From the NCBI GenBank assembly GCA_023920165.1, contig CP089274.1, forward strand, positions 3,286,001-3,350,000: a stretch of 64,000 bases of DNA. Direction: 5' to 3'. A program made the translations under genes and the position numbers. Numbering within the stretch: position 1 is the first letter of the stretch; every line of letters starts with the position of its first letter. Origin of the DNA: Curvularia clavata (Eukaryota). This document shows positions 1 through 12,270 of this stretch, piece by piece. The notes under the pieces are model-generated. The model was not told the origin of the DNA. It worked only from the letters and a program-made list of their open reading frames with translations, and did not search any database.

Positions 1-1218
1 TTTGGTCGTTGACATGCGCCGCTTCAACAGCGTCACAGTTGATGCGGCAGCCCATACGGCCGTCATCGGATCTGGTGGAAGACTAGGCAATATTGCGTTG
101 GCATTGTATAGCCAAGGAAAGCAAGCCATCAGTCACGGAACGTGTCCTGGGTAAGTTGGAACTCCGAAAATGGCGACCAGAACAGCTCACTGACGTTGTT
201 TCCTAGTGTTGGTATCTCTGGTCTCACTCTGGGTGGCGGTTATGGTCTATCCTCCCGCATGCACGGCCTGACTCTTGACCAACTCATCTCCATGACCGTT
301 GTGCTTGCCAACAGCAGCGTAGTCACAGCCTCAGAAACCGAGAACCCGGACCTCTTCTGGGCACTTCGCGGAGGCAGTGGCTCTCTTGGTATAGTTACCG
401 ACTTCAAGTTCAAGACCTTCACCCCATCTGAGGAGATCATCAACTTCTCGTACAACCTGCCTATCCAGAACACCACCCAGGTTGCCAGCATGCTCGCTGT
501 CCTGCAAAATTTCACCCTCCACGACCAGCCCCGCGAGCTCAACATGCGTACCTTCTTCCCCAAGCAGCTGACCGGCGTCTACTACGGAAGCCGCGCCAAC
601 TATGATGCTGTCATGAACCCACTCCTCGGCAAGCTCAACGTCCCCACGTCGGGCAAAGACGCCACTGTCTCGACCAAGGGTTGGATCGACACCCTCACAG
701 CATTTGCCTTTGGGTCCCTAGCCCAACCTGAAATCTACGACAATCATGAGACCTTCTTTGCCAAATCGCTCATGACGCCCGCTCTTTCTGCCGAAGCCCA
801 CTCTGCCATAGCAGACTACTACTTTAGCACAGCCCGCAACGTTAACAATCGTGTCTGGTATCTTCTCATTGACTTGCACGGCGGCGCTAAATCCGCAATC
901 ACTGATGTCTCCGTTAACGCAACCGCGTACGCACATCGCGACAAGCTCTTCAAGATGCAGTTCTACGACTCCATGTTTGGCAACTTTGGCTCATACCAGT
1001 CCGAGTGGTTCAGCTTTCTGAATGGCTGGGTCAGTGCGATCCAGAAGGCAAGCCCCAAGGAGCAGTTTGGCATGTATATAAATTACGCGGACTCGAGTTT
1101 GTCGAAGGATGAGGCGCACCAGCGGTACTGGGGTCCCAATTACGAGCGGCTGCTCAAGGTAAAGACCGCGTATGATCCAAATAAGCTATTTGAGGGGCCG
1201 CAGTTGGTGGGCAGCTAA
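1..1218 (+). CDS. FAD-linked oxidoreductase, berberine-bridge-enzyme-like / AA7 oligosaccharide oxidase family (5' end outside the window)
   Basis: Intron 151-206 (GTAAGT..CTGAC..TAG) joins SHGTCPG to VGISGLTLGGGYG, keeping the FAD-linking Cys. Also NPDLFWALRGG and the C-terminal BBE motif YINYAD..YWG.NY.RL..VK..YDP. Confidence 0.88.
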
Positions 1219-1611
1219 ATTGGTGCTTGTGTTATTCATGAATTTGCTGGCTTGCAACAATGGGGGGTTATCTTTCACGGGTTATATTAGGGTCGAATTC
1301 AAGGGGAATGTATATAGGTTATGGATTAGAGCTCGGAATTGGATACACTGGTCAATGAAAAGTGCGAATCGTTCATGCTCTAGTGAGAAGTACCGTGATC
1401 TCTCTTTTGAGTGCGCCCAAATTAAGTTGATATTGGGTTGTCTAGGACTCTTGTCGCACCCTGCGTCTTTGGAGCTACAAGTAGAACACTAGTCACGAGA
1501 ACCGTCAGTAGACAGACAAGGGAAAGTAGAGAAAATGCCAATGTTTTGCTCGCTTGGTTTTCAAGCCAAGGTCTACTCGTACACGTTTATACCTGTCATC
1601 ACAAAGCTTGA

Positions 1612-3307
1612 CTACAAGAACTCGATGCCTACTCCGAAGCTCAGGCCCTTCCTGCCCTCCTCCTTGGCCCGCATGACCAATGGAAGGGAGAAGTTGATTT
1701 CGAATCGCGCAACGGGATGCGCATACACGAGTCCCAGACCAGCCGCCGCGCTCGGCAGTTCAGCAGTCAGAGTGGAGAATGATTTTTGGAGGGCACCATA
1801 CACGTCGCTTGAGCTGCCAAACGATCCGTCTTCCTTCTTGGAGTGGGGGTTCTTGAGCGCAAGAAGACGGCCACCATTGATGAAGGCTTGAAGGCGGAGG
1901 GGTGTTTCCTTTCCAACACGTGGGATGGGAAGGAGCAGTGATGCGCCACCAGCTGCGTAAATATCTCCACCTAGTGCGTCGGAGCCATCACGGGGACCGA
2001 GTCCGGCGAGTCGGAAACCGCGGACATTGTTCGGGCCACCAAGCTGGAAGCGGTCGTTGATGCGGGAAGCCTGGTATCTGTCTTCGCCAGCCAGCTTCAT
2101 AGGGTAAAGCAGACCGCCCCGCAGGCCAGCAGTAAGGGTAATACCGGTGTTTCCAAAGGGAAGTGCGACTTGCGACTCAACTTCAGACTTCCAGAAGGCT
2201 GTATCGCCCTTCAGGGGACCCCAACCTGCGAGTTCAGAAACACTCTTCATCATGTAGCCGCTACTGGGGAGAAGAGGATAGTCACGCTTGTCCTGGATCC
2301 AGGTGTGTGTAATGCTCGACTTGAATGAATCACCTGCGTCGGCGCGGACGGAAGGCGAAGCATTCTCAGCCAAGCTCGTGATCTGTCGCCAGATGCCTGA
2401 GTAGCCGAATTCGTGAGTAGCCCCGTTCTTCATCCTCCAAAGGAGTTTCGAGTTTCCACCCTTGAGAACCTCTTCATGGCTTGCCCAGCTCTTTAGTGTC
2501 GAACTTGCGAAGCCGTTGACCTGGAACTTGAGATCGGGGTTGCTGAGGATCGGGCTGTCGAAGGCGAGTGAGTAGGCTGAGCGTGTTCGTGTACCTAGCG
2601 ATCCATGTGCATTGAGTGTCTCTGCTCCTCCAAACAAGTTGCGAAGTTCGGCGTGGACGTAGGCGTCTGCTTCCGAAGCACCGGCCTCAGTGCCCGTCTT
2701 GATGGTGTAGGTGCCGCGCTCATATGCAGAGATGTATACATCGACGTCGGTTGGAGAGGAAGTAGCAATGGTCTGGTTTGGTCGGTCGAGATAGACTGAG
2801 ATTGGCGACTTGAAGATACCTATTGGCTGTCAGACATGTGAAAGCGTACGGGTAGGTGGGGGTTTCGTACCAAAACGATTGAGCTTGTCGGTAGCTTCGC
2901 CCACCTCTTTCAACGCTTCTTCAAGGGTATATGGCTCGGTGCGGTTTGCGCTGAGGAGCGGCTCAACAACACGCTCGAGGAAACTTCTCCGGGTGCGATT
3001 GGCATGAAGTACGCGGACCGACGATATCGTCACCGGGAGCGAAGTGTTGTCTTCGACCTGGCACCATATCAGCAATGATCTCGAATTGCTCTTCCTGAAA
3101 GAAGCATGCATACCAATTCCCCCAGCCTCTGCTGTGCCCGCTGCTGTTGAGCCTGCAATCGCGCGTTGAGCTCATCTTGCTGTCGCTTCTGCTCGTTCAG
3201 GTCCGTCCTGTTCTTGAGCCTTTCGAAGACCTGGGCCATCAATTAGCAGCCATCTTTCGCTGACAGACGTTTCGAACGCTTACATCGTCTTCATGCGGCG
3301 AAGCCAT
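1612..3307 (-). CDS. SAM50: Mitochondrial outer membrane SAM complex beta-barrel subunit Sam50/Tob55 (Omp85 family)
   Basis: Exons 3284-3307, 3114-3230, 2871-3057, 1612-2819, all with GT..AG introns. DRFQLGGPNNVRGF loop motif, RFEINFSLP and C-terminal beta-signal LSFGVGIEFL. Confidence 0.95.
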
Positions 3308-3485
3308 TGGGCTGTAGTTGTCTGGGTGCGCAATGCTTGGCGATATTCAGAAACCTTGATCTCGCCCGCCGCAGGCTGACTGGAGCGCACGTGCCGCTTG
3401 CCTTCGGACCATCAATAGCGATTACATAGGACCGACACGTCAACAATCTCCTTTCAACCTTTCCCACACCTCACAACTACACGTC

Positions 3486-4319
3486 ATGGCGACACCGGCA
3501 GCCACCAAGCGCCTCACCAGAGAATATGCCACTATTTCGAAATCACCGCCTCCCTACATCACTGCACATCCCTCCGACAGGAACATCCTAGAGTGGCACT
3601 ACATCATTACCGGCCCACCAGACACACCATACGAGGGAGGCCAATACTGGGGTACTCTCAACTTTCCACCCGATTACCCCTTTGCGCCGCCTGCCATTCG
3701 CATGCACACACCTTCCGGCCGCTTCCAACCCAGCAGCCGCTTGTGCCTGAGCATATCCGACTTCCACCCCAAGAGTTTCAATCCTGCCTGGGAAGTCAGC
3801 ACGATTCTGACTGGCCTTCTCAGTTTCATGACGAGCGAAGAGATGACGACGGGTAGTGTTAGAGCCTCAGACGCAGAGCGCAAACTCTTTGCCCAGCGCA
3901 CGAGGTGGTGGAACAGCACAGGTGGCGGTACAAAGGTAATCGGCTCGGGAAACGCTGCCGGCGGTCAAAACGGCAACATCAGGGCGGGAGATGGTGGCGC
4001 AAAGTTCAGACACGAGTGGCCCGATGTAGACGAGGAGAACATTAGGTGGATGAAGGAGAAGCGCATCGATCCAGCCACAGGCTTGCCACGACCTGCACCG
4101 TCACCGGCACAACACCCTGCTTGCTCGCCAGACGTTTCCGGCCTGCGAAGGCGGCCCGGTACGAGCGCAACAGTCGTTCAAGATGCAGCGCAAATAGCAC
4201 GAGATGCAGGTCAGGGCTGGTTGAGCCGCAACAAATGGAGGATTGTTCTCGGAGCCATGATGCTGTATATCCTGGTGGCGAGGGTCCTAGGTGAGGGCGC
4301 GATCGTTTCCCCGGCCTAA
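3486..4319 (+). CDS. UBC6: ER tail-anchored ubiquitin-conjugating enzyme E2 (Ubc6 / UBE2J family)
   Basis: Single exon. EWHYIITGP, TPSGRF..RLCLSISDFHP..FNPAW.VSTILTGLLSFM with the catalytic Cys, and a C-terminal hydrophobic anchor (WRIVLGAMMLYILVARVL). Confidence 0.96.
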   Translation: MATPAATKRLTREYATISKSPPPYITAHPSDRNILEWHYIITGPPDTPYEGGQYWGTLNFPPDYPFAPPAIRMHTPSGRFQPSSRLCLSISDFHPKSFNPAWEVSTILTGLLSFMTSEEMTTGSVRASDAERKLFAQRTRWWNSTGGGTKVIGSGNAAGGQNGNIRAGDGGAKFRHEWPDVDEENIRWMKEKRIDPATGLPRPAPSPAQHPACSPDVSGLRRRPGTSATVVQDAAQIARDAGQGWLSRNKWRIVLGAMMLYILVARVLGEGAIVSPA

Positions 4320-5499
4320 ACAGTCTTTTATACAGTATAGCACGCCAGTGTCTTATATGGACATAAAGGACATGAGACAGGTAGTGCAATAGGAGTTGGC
4401 AGAGCTCACAACACGTAGAGGGAGGCATTCACTTTTTGGCGTTGGCGGTATTTTAGGCATACCCAATCGGGAGGCTGCAACAAGAGCGACGGACATTGTC
4501 TATGTATCCGCTCCTAGCCATTTCCTTCTTCCTCCATGTTCTCTGTCCTTTTTCTTTTCTCTTTCCTCCTCTTCTCAAAGTTTACAAAGGACAAATTGCA
4601 AGGTCTTCATAACTGCGATATATAATCTCCTGTCAAGCATTTCAGCTCAGTCTCTATCCCTATTCCTATCCCGTCTTTCAATACTTGAATACGTTACAAT
4701 ACGCAGTCCTCACCCCAACTCCCTTTTCTCTGCTATCTAGTATCAAATATCTGAATACCCTTATTCTCTGCTCTTTACCTCTTACTCCATCAAATCTTCC
4801 CTCGCACCCCTGCCCCCCTTACCCCGCATTCCTCTTGTTCCTCTGTTCCATTGCATTTCCACCATCTTCCTCGTAAACAGTCTAGCCTCGTCATCAATGC
4901 ACAGGATTGTGGCTGCGGCGCCACCGCCAAAACTAGCCCTCTTAAGGCTAGAAGGGGCTGAGAAGAGGCGCTGATGCATGTGCGCACGTACCGTAGCGGT
5001 GGTAGTGCAGTGGGATGTAGTGTAGAAACAACGGAGCCAATGGAGGTTCTATGGCGCCTGGCCTCTTACTTGACTGTAAGGAGTTGCATTCGGTGCCGTA
5101 CGACAGAATGCATTGTTAAAGGGAGGGGTTTTCTCCGCGTTTTTCAGTGCCAAAACAGGAAAATGAGGTGAGAAAGGAAGATTACGGATATGAGCTGTGC
5201 GTTGGTATGACACGGGCGCATTTCGTCGCTTAGTTTGTCAGACCTGGAGACGTGTACTTGTGGAATACAAGCAATTACTGGTCGTAATGGCGATGTCCAG
5301 GCTTCGATTGGCTTCAACTGATAGAAGCTGGCCATCACGCCTACAGTGTAAAGAGTTGGCTCTGAGCGGCTCTGGTATGCGATGAATCGTTTGTAAAACC
5401 TTTCTACGCTTAGATTAGGAGCGCTGGTACCAAGGGGAGAAGATGGTCGTGCGTATATATATTACTTGGGAAGGTAAGCGAGAAGAATATATCGATACT

Positions 5500-6850
5500 G
5501 CCCCCTCACTGAGCTTTTCGTCTTCCGAGCATAGGAAAATCCCTTGATATGCATTTTCCCTCATAAATCCAAGCAAAAGAATATGTTTGTCCTATGTTCT
5601 TTCTCTCGTCACAGTGGCGAACGCATCCGCCTGTACGGCATGCCTTCCAAATCCCTCCGGCTTCCTTCTCATAACGACACCACAACTCGACTTCAGTATA
5701 AATCCTTCTCAGCTCAAAGCCGTATCCACAACCTCAATTTTCATAAGTAAATCTGTTCACAACCCTCATACGGAAATGTAGGAAAGAATATAAAGTACCG
5801 TTTCTCAGGATCTCTTCCACCAGCCTGCTCTTCTGCTCCGCTTAAAAGCCCCCGAATACGGTCCTCTCCCTACTTTTTACGCTCGTAGATGGCACTCTTT
5901 CTACCATCGACCAGGCGCCATTTACCAACGCACAGTACCGGGCCAACAGCACCATTATAGAAACAGGGCATGAACTGAATTATTCTTGTATTGAAACAGT
6001 CCGCCGGGAATATAGCGCTGTATCAGGGGTACTTGCTGAATGTGGATGGCGAGGGGGAAGGCTGGTCGATATGTAAGGGTGTATTGAATACTGAGGTGTT
6101 GAGTTGAAAGGGTAGGGCGAGTGATTGCAGAAAGACGTATGTGCATGCTGTTGCGAAGGTGTTGTATTAGCTGTCTCGGAAGATTATGTGCTCGAATTAG
6201 ATGATTGAATGCAAATAAGCATGTTGTCGTGGATAGGCGATTGAATGATCAAGTGTGGTCAGGCCGTCTTGACGATGTCCATATTCGCGCTCGTCCTTTT
6301 GAAAGCCATTTAGATGATCCAAGGTTCATTGGCCAGCTTGCTCTCTGCTTTTTCATAGCCTTCCCCTTATGTATAGTATGTTTAAGATAGTTTATCGTCG
6401 TAAAACTGCGTCTCATCCTACATGCACCAGAAAAACCCGGCACCACACCGTTTCAGCGTCGAGAAACCACGGACTTGCTGCCTCGATAAACTCTTCGGGT
6501 GACAACCCTGCCATTGGGCTCATATGTGCCAAGGCTCTGACAAAAACGTCGCATGTCGTCAGGCTTGTGCGCGCGAAGACGCAGTCTGTGATATGATGTG
6601 GCATATTGTTACCGCGGTTGCAGCGGATGCTTCGATGGCGTGCAACAGTTGTCGAAGAAAGCGAACGTGTTGGAATGTTCTAAGTGGAGTCTGAGTAACC
6701 TAGGGTTGTATTCCGCTTATAAAATTTCGACTTGTGTGAGACGAGGTAGCGAGAAGTTGGGAAATGGTTGGGACCTAAGTATGGTCATAGTCGGACTGTG
6801 AGTAGGTGTTTATGGGTAGGGCTTTGAAGTTCTCCGTATACTGGGACATG
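5500..6850 (-). pseudogene. Possible decayed gene remnant of unknown family
   Basis: Protein-like minus-strand frames broken by stops and frameshifts, e.g. MSQYTENFKALP..DHT*VPTISQLL..QP*VTQTPLRTFQHVRFLRQLLHAIEA and MAGLSPEEFIEAASPWFLDAETVW. No family motif recognised. Confidence 0.25.
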
Positions 6851-9232
6851 CGCTTCTCTTCTTTATTGTGATCGAGAGCCAGAGTTCTGCTTATCGAGCC
6901 TGGTGACCACTTCAGCTGATGCCCACCTCCAAACTCAGTTTCGACAGTGCGTCTTGATACGTCGCCTTGCCAGGTCACTAAGGAAGTGGCAACACAAATA
7001 TCTGGTAGCTGCCAGCGGCAAGTTATCGGTATTGAGACCTGGTAACACGTTGTCGTAGCGTTTGGAAGAAGGATGTAAGCTGTAGTTGTTAGCGCACGAC
7101 GCAAACCCGGTTGCCACAGTCAGCTCAGATTCTGAAAGCGTGCGCTGACTGTGCTGCTCGTCGACGGCGCCCTCGTATGATACTTATAGCATTCCATAGG
7201 CACGTGGTTAGTTTCCGCGGCACTTTTTTTGTAAGCATTTCAGGGGATGGTCGCCTTGGTGTATAGCGAAGGCCACTGTCAGTATCAGCAGGTCGGTGCG
7301 CGCGACCTATGCAGGAGCATCACGACCATATTTCGCCGACCCAATAAGTAAAGCCTGAACAGGAAAAGGACGACAGCCCGGAGATGCAGCGCGACACGAG
7401 GCCATCCCTTTACAACGTGATGTCCGACTGTGACGAAGCTAGAACTGTGGTGCATGAGGCGATTGGGAGGTGGCGGAGAGAAAGACGTGCTATTGGTTCA
7501 TTTCTAGACCGGATACAGCCAATGGGAGGTACGATACCAACATTTGACAGTAGAGTGGTGCTAATGATGGTTGTTGAGAGATGAGCATACACAGGAATAT
7601 CCACTATAAAGAGATTTTCAGGCTTGGATTTATGGATTGCCTAGGAAACATGGACGGAAGCACCCGGAGCCGATGGCGATAATAGAGTCGGGCTGGCACG
7701 CTGCAAGCAGGCGCGATGGTAGAGGGGAGTTTTGTAATTGAGGAATAGGACTGCATATAAGATGGAAAAACGAGACTATTGAAAGTTTCGCCCTAGTGCT
7801 GTACCGCATTCGTCAGTGAAGCGTGGGATGTATATGCCATATCATTATAGTGGTTGATAGATCGTCTGCGATCGTGCTAAGTATATCATACATCTCGGCC
7901 GACTTAATGACAAGTCAGAGTACCAATCTTTGTCAGTCAAATCTCTAGTACTCAAAGGCTGCCCAAATATGAGGATCAAGGAAGGCCTGCAAGGAGGGCA
8001 GTAAAGCTTTTTGAAGTTAAGAAGCACCATACTCTTTGTGCAAAACCCTATAAAGTGATTTATAACACGTGGCTGAAGTCGTTATATCCATCAAATATGT
8101 TGTAGTACAGAGACGCTACCGCAGTCGTGATTACACTGTTCACTGCTAGGGTTGTTAGTAGAGACCAATTTTGAGAAAATGCTTTTAAACATGTCCAACA
8201 GTAGGTGAGTGCTGTTAGCAGTGTGAATTACAATAGATTATGCCTAGAAATTCTGGTGTTGCTGTCAGTAAATGTGCAACTGCTACTTTTCCCTTTCAAT
8301 TTGGGTGTCGACTTCACTGTAACCAGGAGTGGATACGTATTGGTTTGCTAAGCCAGCTGTTTTTCCAGTAGCCAATACTGCAGAAGAATTCTCGAGCAAT
8401 TGTTAACAAACCGCTATTCACATTCACATAACGCCAACTAGCCGCTCCGCCATCCAATCCGCAGCGCGAGAGTGTATCCATCGGTTCCCTTACTGGAAAT
8501 AGCGCCACAAGCGATCCAAGGTCCCAAGAAAGTGTATTCCAAGAAATGCTCTAGTCGCCATTGCGTGTTTCACGTGGCGATGAGCGGAACGAAGCCAGCC
8601 GAGAGCTTGGGTGTCAGCAGTCGGTGCCGCTGCATGCTTGGCACACGTCGCCTCCCACATTGGATGCAAACTCCGGTCTCATCCAAACACTTCGCTTGCA
8701 GTGCCATTACTACATGCGTACGACTCATAGGCGCAAACGAGAACGCAACACTTGCGATTTAGGCGCCCTAATACTTACCCGAATACTACCCCAGCCGCAT
8801 AACGCAGCGCGACTGGATTGGACGTCACCTTCACCCTCAGCCCGCTTGCGAGACATCATGTAATGCCGCGCCAATGCCGAGACGGAGACTGCAGAGCAGC
8901 ATGTACGCTCCGCTTCTCCATTAGTCTAGCTGAACCTAGTTATCAAAGAATCTGCTTGAGACTTGTGCAGTTCGGCTTCCTGAACAGTAAGATCAGCTTT
9001 GCCGTACCTCTGATTGTGGACAGAGACATCATGACAGTGCCCAGAAAGAAGACGCTCCAAACCCAACGAGTATTCTGGAGTATGTGCCTCTCTGATGGGT
9101 GGTTTCACCGTATGACGTTACGAGGGTGAGGAGCTGTATGCAACCGTACTGTGCATCCACGGGATAGGTATGCAACTCGACCTCATTGGACGGGCTCGTT
9201 GGAACGACATAGGGCCACCCAACCATGCGTTA

Positions 9233-9299
9233 CCCCAGAAAACATTGCCAGGTTCCTGGAGGATCTGCATGCGCCGTGGTTCTGCGTCTTTTTGCGGGG
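9233..9299. promoter_or_regulatory. Pair of oppositely oriented CreA/Mig1-type (SYGGRG) carbon catabolite repression sites upstream of the sugar transporter
   Basis: CCCCAG at 9233-9238 (TTTTCTGGGG on the minus strand) and TTTTTGCGGGG ending at 9299. Both have the T-rich 5' flank. TATATA follows at 9390-9395. Confidence 0.55.
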
Positions 9300-9522
9300 T
9301 GGCCAACTCGGACAAACGCCGTTAAATGAGAACTGCCTTGCCTGCAGTCGGGGTGAAAGTAGAAAGTAGGACTAGCTACCCGCACGGACTATATACAACG
9401 CTCTCACGCGCTCTTTACACACTACTTAAGACACAAACGAGCAGCGATCCCGCTCTTGAAATTCTTCCTTCAACCTCTCTGACCAACTTGTCTTTCCACC
9501 CGGGCTACAGCCACTTGAAGAA

Positions 9523-11369
9523 ATGAGGGTAATATGTTTTCCAACCACTCCAATACCCCCATGTGCTCTTGCTAACATGACTGCTATAGTTTCCCCAGAT
9601 CTACAATGTTTACGCCATCTGCGGCTTTGCCGCTCTTGGTGGTATCCTCTTCGGTTTCGATATCTCGTCCATGTCGGGCGCTCTAGGCACCCCAGCCTAC
9701 AAGCGCTACTTTAACAATCCCAGCGGCACCCGTCAGGGAGGTATAACTGCGGCTATGCCTGCTGGCTCGCTCTTTGGTGCTCTGTCTTCCTCCTTCATTG
9801 CCGACCGGCTCTCGCGTCGCGTGGCTATCCAGATCGCTGCTCTCATCTGGATCATTGGAGCAATCTTTCAGGCAGCCTCCAACAATGTCGCCCTTCTTTG
9901 TGTCGGTCGAGTAGTTGGCGGATATGCCATTGGCGTCTGCTCCGCTATGGTTCCAGTCTACCAGGCTGAGATCGCACCCAAGAACATCCGTGGTCGCGTT
10001 GTGTCGCTACAGCAATGGGCCATTACCTGGGGCATCTGTCAGTAACATCTACACCGCATGCCTAATCCCCTTTGATATCTTTCTTTAGCGAGAAAAAGAA
10101 GCGCTCACGCTGACACACTTTACAGTGATCCAATACTTCATCCAGTACGGTAGTTCTTTTGTCGACGGAGGTGTCAATAACCCCTACCAATCCACTGCCG
10201 CCTTTCGCATCCCGTGGGGTGTCCAGGCCGTTCCTGGAGCGCTCCTATTCATCGGTTTCTTCTTCTTTCCTCGATCCCCGCGTTGGCTAGCTTCAAAAGA
10301 CCGCTGGGAGGAGGCTCTCCAGGTCCTTGCTCATCTCCACGGTGGTGGCGACATCAAGTAAGCTCACCCTGCGATTCTAATGACCAACGCAAACTAACAT
10401 AGCATAGCCACCCCAAGGTCCTCGCCGAGTACAAGGAGATTGAGGAAGCTCTAGCCTTTGAGCGTGAGGTTGCTGAGACTAGCTTCACTGCCCTTGTCAA
10501 GCCCCGTATACTCAAGCGTGTCCTCCTTGGCATGTCTATTCAAATGTGGTCCCAATTGACAGGTATGCTCATCTCATGGACTGAATCATCGTTTCTCTTG
10601 TTGAAATGAAGGCTGATGACCACGATTAGGCATGAACATCATGATGTACTATATTATCTTCATTATGCGAGGGGCTGGAATCGCCGACGAGCTCCTCACC
10701 GCATCTATACAGTACATTATCAACGTGGTCATGACTCTTCCCGCCATTCTGTACCTTGACAGGTTCGGTAGACGTCCAGCATTGCTTTGTGGATCGTTTT
10801 TAATGGCCGTTTGGCTCTACACTACCGGTGCTCTCCAGGCCTCTTACGGCAACGCCAATCCCGACAAAACCGACAAGGATATCTCCTGGGTTGTTCCACG
10901 CGAGCGCACCGACGTCTCCAAGGCCATTGTAGCTTGCTCGTACCTCTTTGTTGCTACATTTGCCACAACCTGGGGTCCTGTGTCTTGGACATTTCCGTCC
11001 GAGATCTTTCCCGCCAAAGTCCGTGCGAAAGCCGTCAGTCTTGCCACTGCTACAAACTGGACGTGGAACTGTATCCTCGCTTTCGCCGTTCCCCCTCTTC
11101 TGTGGTCCATCAACTGGAAGATGTACATGATCTTCGGTACCTTCAATGCCGTTGCATTCATCCACATGTTCTTCACCGCACCAGAGACAAAGGGCAAGAC
11201 GCTCGAGGAGATGGACGATGTCTTCGACTCTGGTCTACCTGCCTGGAAGGCCGGTAAGGTCGAGTCGCGTCTTGATCGAGTTACCCGCGACATCGAGGAA
11301 GGTAAGCTCAAGGTTGGCCCCCACGGCCATGCCAAGGTTGAGGATGTCAATGTTGAGACCAAGGTCTAA
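9523..11369 (+). CDS. MFS sugar porter (high-affinity glucose/hexose transporter-like)
   Basis: Exons 9523-9528, 9590-10037, 10126-10357, 10408-10562, 10630-11369. Motifs GGILFGFDISSMS, DRLSRR, PVYQAEIAP..IRG, PRSPRWL, QMWSQLTGMN.MMYYI, DRFGRR, PETKGKTLEEMD. Confidence 0.95.
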
Positions 11370-11924
11370 ATTGGCAGCCATACTTATCCGCTACTTCGGG
11401 ACTAGCGTATCCCAGGACTACTATCTCTTGACCAGGACTAGCTTGCTATTCTTGTGCCTTCTGTAGATACGGTTTGCCCATCTTGACCTTCTAATTCACT
11501 ATGATATTTATATTCCTGGTCGCGTGAATTCAACTCTTTAATTCTGCGTGATGAATGTGTGGTTCTCATGTTGCACAACCAGGTCATATGGGCACTTGTG
11601 GAAATGCGTTTCTCGGCTCCTTTTATGAGGCTGGATAACTATGACTGAAAGCTAGCAGAGACCAACTTGAAATTGACTTCAAGATAGTTCAGCATGGAAA
11701 GGAAAACGGTGTAGTTCTGGGTATCTAGTCGTTGCTAGAACCAGTCTCGCGTAGGTAGTGTTGCGCCGCAACCAAAACACCTTTACGACACCCTTCAATT
11801 TAATGAGGCTCACCTTCCACCTCACTGATACTACTATATGTGGTTTGAACCACTACTGAAATAAATTCAGCGTTTCTAATGGGTCTATTGCATATTGTGC
11901 GCCATGGATACCGTAACAACTGAA

Positions 11925-12075
11925 CCTCCTACTTTTCCCTCTTATCTTCATCCCTCCCCTTCGTCTTTCACTTTCACCTTCTATCATTACTTTCTACCTT
12001 CACCTTCTACTTCTGTCTCTTGACTCCACCTCCTGCCTTCTAACTTCACCTTTACCTCCTCTTAATCCTATCCTA
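11925..12075 (+). repeat. Polypyrimidine low-complexity tract with degenerate hexamer repeats (CACCTT/TACCTT/CTTCTA)
   Basis: About 150 nt with almost no G on the + strand, upstream of the BTB gene. Confidence 0.6.
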
Positions 12076-12270
12076 ACCTTGGTTGCAATTCACGTGGCCC
12101 ATTTGCTTCTTGTATAGATCAAGGCGAGAGGCACCTTTACCTCGACTTACCCGTCTGTCTAGACCAAGCTAGCTCACAACCGAGCGATTTACTCACCAAA
12201 TTCCGCTTTAAACCCTTCAAACCACTCTGGATCGAACGCTATACCAGAATCTTACCAGTCCTAGGCGACA

